From Macrostomum hystrix (lineage: Eukaryota; Animalia; Platyhelminthes): 64,000 bases of DNA. Each line of letters opens with the position of its first letter. Position 1 is the first letter of the stretch. Shown in pieces: positions 57,813-64,000 of this stretch. The translations under genes were made by a program, and so were the position numbers. Below the pieces are notes generated by a model that did no database searches, was not told the origin of the DNA, and saw only the letters and a program-made list of their open reading frames with translations. The DNA lies in NCBI GenBank assembly GCA_950097015.1, contig CATNEN010000030.1, positions 3,162,001 through 3,226,000 on the forward strand, read 5' to 3'.

Positions 57813-60800
57813 TCAGAAGAGGTAATAGGTAGTGCAGCATTCTGCAACACTGGCTAGCATCTCGGATAGCTGCGACTCCGACTGCATTTGACGCTGTCGC
57901 AGACGCTCCAGCTGGCGCGGCGGCTGGGAATCTTCAATCTTGGGCAGCACAACCCGGTTATGCGACCGGCTGGCTAAGCTGCCCGGACTCTTGGGAGCTC
58001 CTGAAACCGTTGGCCCGCCAGAGCAGGCGGCGGCTGCAGCGGCGACTGCGGCCGAGGCTGCCGCAGCCGCAGATCCTCCGCTAGCACGCTGCAATGCCAT
58101 CGGCTGCAGCGATGAAGCCTGCTGCTGCTGTTGTATCGAGTTCGGCGCCAGAGCCACGGTTGAGGCAGCAGTCAGCTGACCGATGCTCAGGCCACCAGCC
58201 GACTCGGCAACAGCCAGAAGGTTGCTGTCGGAGACGGCCAGTTTCAGAGTCAATGGTGCCGTTAGAGAGTTCTGACCATGCGCGTACTGCTGCTGCTGCT
58301 GCTGAAAGTTAAACTGCCGCGCCGGCGAGCGGTCGCCTAGCAACGCTTTGCTGAGCCGTTCGGCCCGCTGACCCAGGACGCCGATTTCGCCAACCTGGGT
58401 GACAACTTCGTCGTCAAGTGTGGAGCCGTCGACGCCTGAGTCCAGGGAGGCCTGGGATCGGCTGACGAGGCCGCAGGCGGGCAGGAACGACATGTTCTCG
58501 CGACCGCCCGCTGCGCCGCCGACAGTCGTATCCTCGCCTTCTTCCTCGTCTTCGTCGTTTTCGTCTTCGTCCTGCGGTTTGACGGAGGCGGCGGACGCGA
58601 CAGAGGCCGAAGAAGCAGCTGAGGACGCCTGGTAAGTGTCTGTCGGATGCTTGGGACTCTTGCCCCGCGGCAGCTTGTCAACAGTGCGCACATGCAGACT
58701 GGCGTGATTGGAAATCTCCGCGGCTATTTTGAAGCTCTCGCTGATGGCCCTGAGCGAGTCGCGCGCCTCCTCCTCGGTGGCAACGCTAATTAGCATATTA
58801 TTGAATAGGCGCTTTCTAGGCGCCCTGAATGTGAAGTGGAATTTCTCCTTGTAGATGAAGCGCATGCACGGATGCTGGCGCGCTTTCAACAGGTGCGACT
58901 CGGTGCCTAGGAGCAGTTCGCTGATGTCCGTCAGTTCAACTCGTTGCACCGCGTCACGGTCGGCTAAGCGAATGATGTGCACCGCGGCGCTGCTCAAGAA
59001 GAGCACGCAGTTCATCTCGGTCTCGTCAGACTTGGCCTCCTCGGTCAGGATTAGCGGCCAGGAGCCGATGGTCTTCTCCTGCGATTTGTTTGAGTAGTCT
59101 CTTATTTAGGATCATAGTTAAAATCCCAACTCACTTCAGTCCCTAACACGGGACTAACGAATGGGATCACATTGTCTTTGTCAGTCTTAAAGTCTACAGC
59201 ACGGGATTTTACAGAGATAACAATGTGGAATTCTACGGCCTACTAAATACGATTTTACAGCCTTACCAATTTGGATTTTACAGCCTTACTTTTCGTAATT
59301 AGGATTTTTCAGCCATACTAGCTAGGATTTTACAGCCATACTAGTTTGGATTTTAAAGCCTTACTTCTCGTAATTAGGATTTTTCAGCCATACTAGCTAG
59401 GATTTTACAGCCTTACTAGTTTGGATTTTAAAGCCTTACTTCTCGTAATTAGGATTTTACAGCCATCCTAGCTAGGATTTTACAGCCTTACTAATTACGA
59501 TTTTACAGCCTTACGAGTAATAATTAGGATTTTACAGCCTTAATAATTAGGATTTTACAGCCCTAATAATTGGGGTTTTACAGCCTTACCAATTAGGATT
59601 GTACAGCTTACTGATTATAATCTTACAGGCTACTAACATATTATAATAATGCAGCTTACTGATTGGAATTTTACAGCACACTGCTTGGGATTTTAAAGAA
59701 CGCAATTTGGGATTTCAAACAAAATACCATTCAGGATCTTACAGCTCGTAATGTGTAATTTTAATACAAATTTCTGGGTAAAAAATTACTTAAGCCCAAA
59801 GTGCAAATGTTATTGTCTCAGGAGAAAATTTGTTTACCCGTTGTTAAGCAACAAGCCTGGAACTGAGGAATAAGAAGCAACATATCTAAAAAATCTCCAC
59901 TTAAGCAGGCTGATTCAACGCACTCAATTGGAAATGCGTACTCAAACCAGACAGACAATAGCCGATCATCCATCTAGATAGATATATTTGGCAAGAGAGA
60001 TGAGAATATGCAGGAATGCATGAATATTGCCCGATTTTATATGAATTTTAGATACCACTGACGCTTACTGCACTGAGTTTGAAGGCTGCAGTGTGGCGAG
60101 TCATTTGAATGCAGTGCAGGGAGTCATTAGGAAGGCAGTGCAGGGAGTCTTTTAGGAAGGCAGTGTAGGGAGTCATTGGGAAGACAGTGAAGGGAGTAAT
60201 TAGTAAGGCAGTGAAGGGAGTCATTGGGAAGGCGGTGAAGGGAGTAATTAGGAAGGCAGTGAAGGGAGTAATTAGGAAGGCAGTGAAGGGAGTCATTGGG
60301 AAGACAGTGAAGGGAGTAATTAGGAAGACAGTGAAGGGAGTCATTGGGAAGACAGTGAAGGGAGTAATTAGTAAGGCAGTGAAGGGAGTCATTGGGAAGG
60401 CGGTGAAGGGAGTAATTAGGAAGGCAGTGAAGGGAGTAATTAGGAAGGCAGTGAAGGGAGTCATTGGGAAGACAGTGAAGGGAGTAATTAGGAAGGCAGT
60501 GAAGGGAGTCATTGGGAAGACAGTGAAGGGAGTAATTAGTAAGGCAGTGAAGGGAGTAATTAGGAAGGCAGTGAAGGGAGTAATTAGGAAGGCAGTGAAG
60601 GGAGTAATTAGGAAGGCAGTGAAGGGAGTCATTGGGAAGACAGTGAAGGGAGTAATTAGGAAGGCAGTGAAGGGAGTCATTGGGAAGACAGTGAAGGGAG
60701 TAATTAGGAAGGCAGTGAAGGGAGTAATTAGGAAGGCAGTGAAGGGAGTAATTAGGAAGGCAGTGAAGGGAGTAATTAGGAAGGCAGTGAAGGGAGTCAT

Positions 60801-63282
60801 TGGGAAGGCAGTGTAGGGAGTCATTGGGAAGGCAGTGTAGGGAGCAATTAGGAAGGCAGTGAAGGGAGTAATTAGGAAGGCAGTGAAGGGAGTCATTGGG
60901 AAGACAGTGAAGGGAGTAATTAGGAAGACAGTGAAGGGAGTAATTAGGAAGGCAGTGAAGGGAGTCATTGGGAAGACAGTGAAGGGAGTAATTAGGAAGG
61001 CAGTGTAGGGAGTCATTGGGAAGGCATTGCTTTGAGAAATCAAAGTAGTGCGGTCTCACGTGTTCGTTCTGCCGCATAGTCTGGTCAGCCAGTGACTTGA
61101 TTTCCTCAACGAGGTCCCGGCAGGTGCACAGGCCCAGACTGCAGTCTATGGCGGTCTGCCTAGTGAACTCGTTGAATCTAAGGTAGTAGCGGCTGGCGCT
61201 GTTGACACTGTCGTGTACCAGGCCGTTCAACGTCCGCTTGCCGGTGCGGGTCAGGTCGGCCTTCAAAGCCCCAGTGCCGGCGTACTGCTGGCTCATGCGG
61301 TCGCCGTTGTTGGCCCACAGGCACTGGAAGGCGGTTTGAAGCGCCTGGGGCAGTTTGTCCTCCGGATAGAGCAGGCCCAGCTTCCTCAGCTGCGTCTCCA
61401 TCACCAGGCGAGCGAATGCAGTCTGGACAACATTGGTGCGATCTAAACAGTCGATGCAGTTGACTCTGAACACGCTGCGCTGCTCGCAGATCACACCCTC
61501 TCTGTCAACCCAGCCGAAGAACATGTCCTTGAGAATGGGCATCACGCCGTCTAGCAGTACACTGATGTTCTCAAAGTGCATCTGTTTGCAGTATTCGTGA
61601 AAATCGAACTGCATATAGGTAATGTCCGGACTATTCAAGGCGACAACTCGTCTGAGATATTCGGCGGCGATGACATTCTCGGAGCGGCCCGGGGCCGTGT
61701 CAACCAGACTGACAACAATGACGCGACCGAATTCGCTAATTAGCCTATAGAAATGGCTGGCCAGGGCAGCTTGGTTCTCCTGTTCGCTGCGCTCCAGCTT
61801 GGGCGGCGGCTTGTAGCGCAGGCCGCTCTGGGACCAGAACAGCGGCACGGACCCGCGAAGTTGCACGAAGGAGACCAGGTGCGGAGCGGTCTCGTGGTGA
61901 GCCTAGATCAATGGGGATTTAGAGGCTGCTAGACTAGAATACAGGATCTAATCAACACCTGGGTCCATCCGACGGATGCGTGGTTTCACCCGAGAGACTA
62001 AATTCAATGGGTAATCAGTAGGACAATCTTAATCCGTGGGTTTATCTGTGGGATAATCTTAATCCGTGGGTTTATCAGTCGGATAATCTTAACCCATGGG
62101 TTTTTTAGTGGGAAAATCTTAATCCACGGGTTTATCAGTGGAAAAAACTTCATCCACGGGTTTATCAGTGGGATAATCTAAATCCATGGCTCCAAAATCT
62201 CACCTGCACCAGCTGCTCAGTCACTACATAGTTAGCTACGTATCCGTTCTCGTCGACGCCCCGCTTTTGAAAACGCGTACCAGCCCGGTGCTTGCTGCGC
62301 CGACTAATCAGCGACAGGCTAATATTGACTGGATCGCGCCGCTCGGATGGGCCGATAGACAGGCTGCAACAGTCCACGAAGCCTTGAATCACGGGCAGGA
62401 TGACGGCGGCCGCGTTGGCATTGCCGTTATCCGCCTCCAGCATCAGGTCGGACAGCATCGCCTGGTTCCAGAAGAAGTCTCGCTTGCACCGCCTGCACGG
62501 CGGCTCGTCGCGTTGATAATAAACGGAATTCTGCTGCTGCAGGGTGCTGGTGAGGTCCGCCCCGTCCGGACTAAAGTAACAGCCGTCGCAGAATAGGCGC
62601 AACACCTCCTCCATCACCTTGGTGCATGATGCATGGTGGAGTGGAATTCTTAAAAAACTAATCAAGCAATCACCGTTCAATGCCAGTCAATATACAGTCA
62701 ATTTTGACTTATTAATGGCATGTTAATGTCAATACATCAACCAATCAATCAGCGATCAATGTCAACCCTTCAATCAGTGGTCAATGTCAATCGATTAATC
62801 AGTGGTCAATGTCAATCCATCAATCAGCGGTCAATGTCAACGCCTGTCAAGTCATCAATCAGCGGTCAATGTCAACGCCTGTCAAGTCATCAATCAGCGG
62901 TCAATGTCAACGCCTGTCAAGTCATCAATCAGCGGTCAATGTCAACGCCTGTCAAGTCATCAATCAGCGGTCAATGTCAACGCCTGTCAAGTCATCAATC
63001 AGCGGTCAATGTTGCAAAGCAAGTTCAATGTTTGCTGTAAGCATTGCAAAATTTTCACCCCAAATAAATATGCACCTTCCGAGTGACTCGCTCTTTGCCA
63101 ACGGCTAGATCGTCACGTCGACGCAGGCTGCTGAAATTCTCTACTGCGGCAGTCCGCAACTGCTGAAAAGCCTTGGTGAACGCCTTGCTAGGAGGCTCTT
63201 CCAGGCCAACAGCGCTAAGGATGCGCTGCTGCTGCTGCTGCTGTGACTGCTGTTGAGGCTGTTCAGTTTGTTGGCTCCGGGA
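57813..63282 (-). CDS. INPP5F: SAC-domain phosphoinositide phosphatase SAC2/INPP5F; 5' exons lie beyond the right edge
   Basis: Phase-0 exons 63282-63076, 62617-62204, 61902-61060, 59078-57813. Motifs LISRRSKHRAGTRFQKRGVD, SFVQLRGSVPLFWSQ, the intact catalytic CX5RT in RVNCIDCLDRTNVVQ, and WANNGDRMSQQYAGTGALK, followed by an hSac2-like segment EKTIGSWPLI. Confidence 0.87.
59245..59610. repeat. Degenerate array of about 23 bp in an INPP5F intron
   Basis: GGATTTTACAGCCTTACTAATTA-like units. Confidence 0.8.
60110..61026. repeat. 24-bp purine-rich minisatellite in an INPP5F intron
   Basis: GAAGGCAGTGAAGGGAGTAATTAG and GAAGACAGTGAAGGGAGTCATTGG variants. Confidence 0.96.
62020..62185. repeat. Short array of about 28 bp in an INPP5F intron
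   Basis: ATCTTAATCCGTGGGTTTATCAGTGGGA-like units. Confidence 0.8.
62760..63012. repeat. 35-bp minisatellite in an INPP5F intron
   Basis: Unit GTCAATGTCAACGCCTGTCAAGTCATCAATCAGCG. Confidence 0.92.
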
Positions 63283-63339
63283 CTGTGGGAAATCAAATGA
63301 GCCTTCACAATTCTAAGGGAACAATCTGCTCTTTCAACA

Positions 63340-63905
63340 GACTGCCACAATCTGATCATCCAATGAACAGCCGCAATCTGGTCCTTCAATGAACTGCCAC
63401 AATCTGTTCCTTCAATGAACTGCCACAATCTGGTCCTTCAATGAACTGCCACAATCTGGTCCTTCAATGAACTGTCACAATCTGGTCCTTCAATGAACTG
63501 TCACAATCTGGTCCTTCAATGAACTGTCACAATCTGGTCCTTCAATGAACTGCCACAATCTGGTCCTTCAATGAACTGCCACAATCTGGTCCTTCAATGA
63601 ACTGCCACAATCTGGTCCTTCAATGAACTGTCACAATCTGGTCCTTCAATGAACTGCCACAATCTGGTCCTTCAATGAACTGCCACAATCTGGTCCTTCA
63701 ATGAACTGCCACAATCTGGTCCTTCAATGAACTGCCACAATCTGGTCCTTCAATGAACTGCCACAATCTGGTCCTTCAATGAACTGCCACAATCTGGTCC
63801 TTCAATGAACTGCCACAATCTGGTCCTTCAATGAACTGCCACAATCTGGTCTTTCAATGAACTGCCACAATCTGGTCCTTCAATGAACTGCCACAATCTG
63901 GTCCT
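63340..63905. repeat. 26-bp minisatellite in an INPP5F intron
   Basis: Unit TGGTCCTTCAATGAACTGCCACAATC. Confidence 0.95.
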
Positions 63906-64000
63906 TTTTTACTAATTAAATATATATAAATTAGTTATGGCTAGCTATATCAAGTTTAGCAATACGAGCGTATTATCAAAAATATACTTTAAAATACGGA

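Noticed and set aside
60127-61059. LHCLPN repeat tail on the SAC ORF
   Set aside because: A GT donor at 61059 and a phase-0 acceptor at 59079 remove it and restore INPP5F colinearity.

Overview
Eukaryotic, intron-containing animal genomic DNA. GC-rich exons with poly-Q/poly-A runs and extreme minisatellite density suggest the flatworm Macrostomum lignano, but this is inference. I rebuilt phase-consistent GT-AG models for nine genes by hand: CFAP157 (-), a 4-EF-hand calmodulin-like gene (+), ALG3 (-), MORN3 (-), CDC40/PRP17 (-), GRTP1/TBC1D6 (-), a BAP31/BAP29-family gene (+), a 14-exon GABA-B-like class C GPCR (+), and the 3' part of INPP5F/SAC2 (-). Mobile DNA comprises a decayed Ty3/Gypsy pol fragment, a CMC-like non-autonomous DNA transposon, a tRNA-headed SINE family (3 copies) and a possible mini-MITE. 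About 30 unrelated tandem arrays (units 8-44 bp) cover roughly a third of the window. They fill most long introns and never interrupt an exon, and the long repetitive ORFs in the track are by-products of them. The strongest leads are: several arrays appear to be amplified copies of the adjacent splice junction; many repeat units carry a short hairpin core; one 33-bp array has higher-order structure; AG acceptors sit just upstream of most start codons (possible trans-splicing or operons); and a TAGGCCTA palindrome cluster lies in a divergent intergenic region. All protein names come from recalled family motifs, not from database searches.
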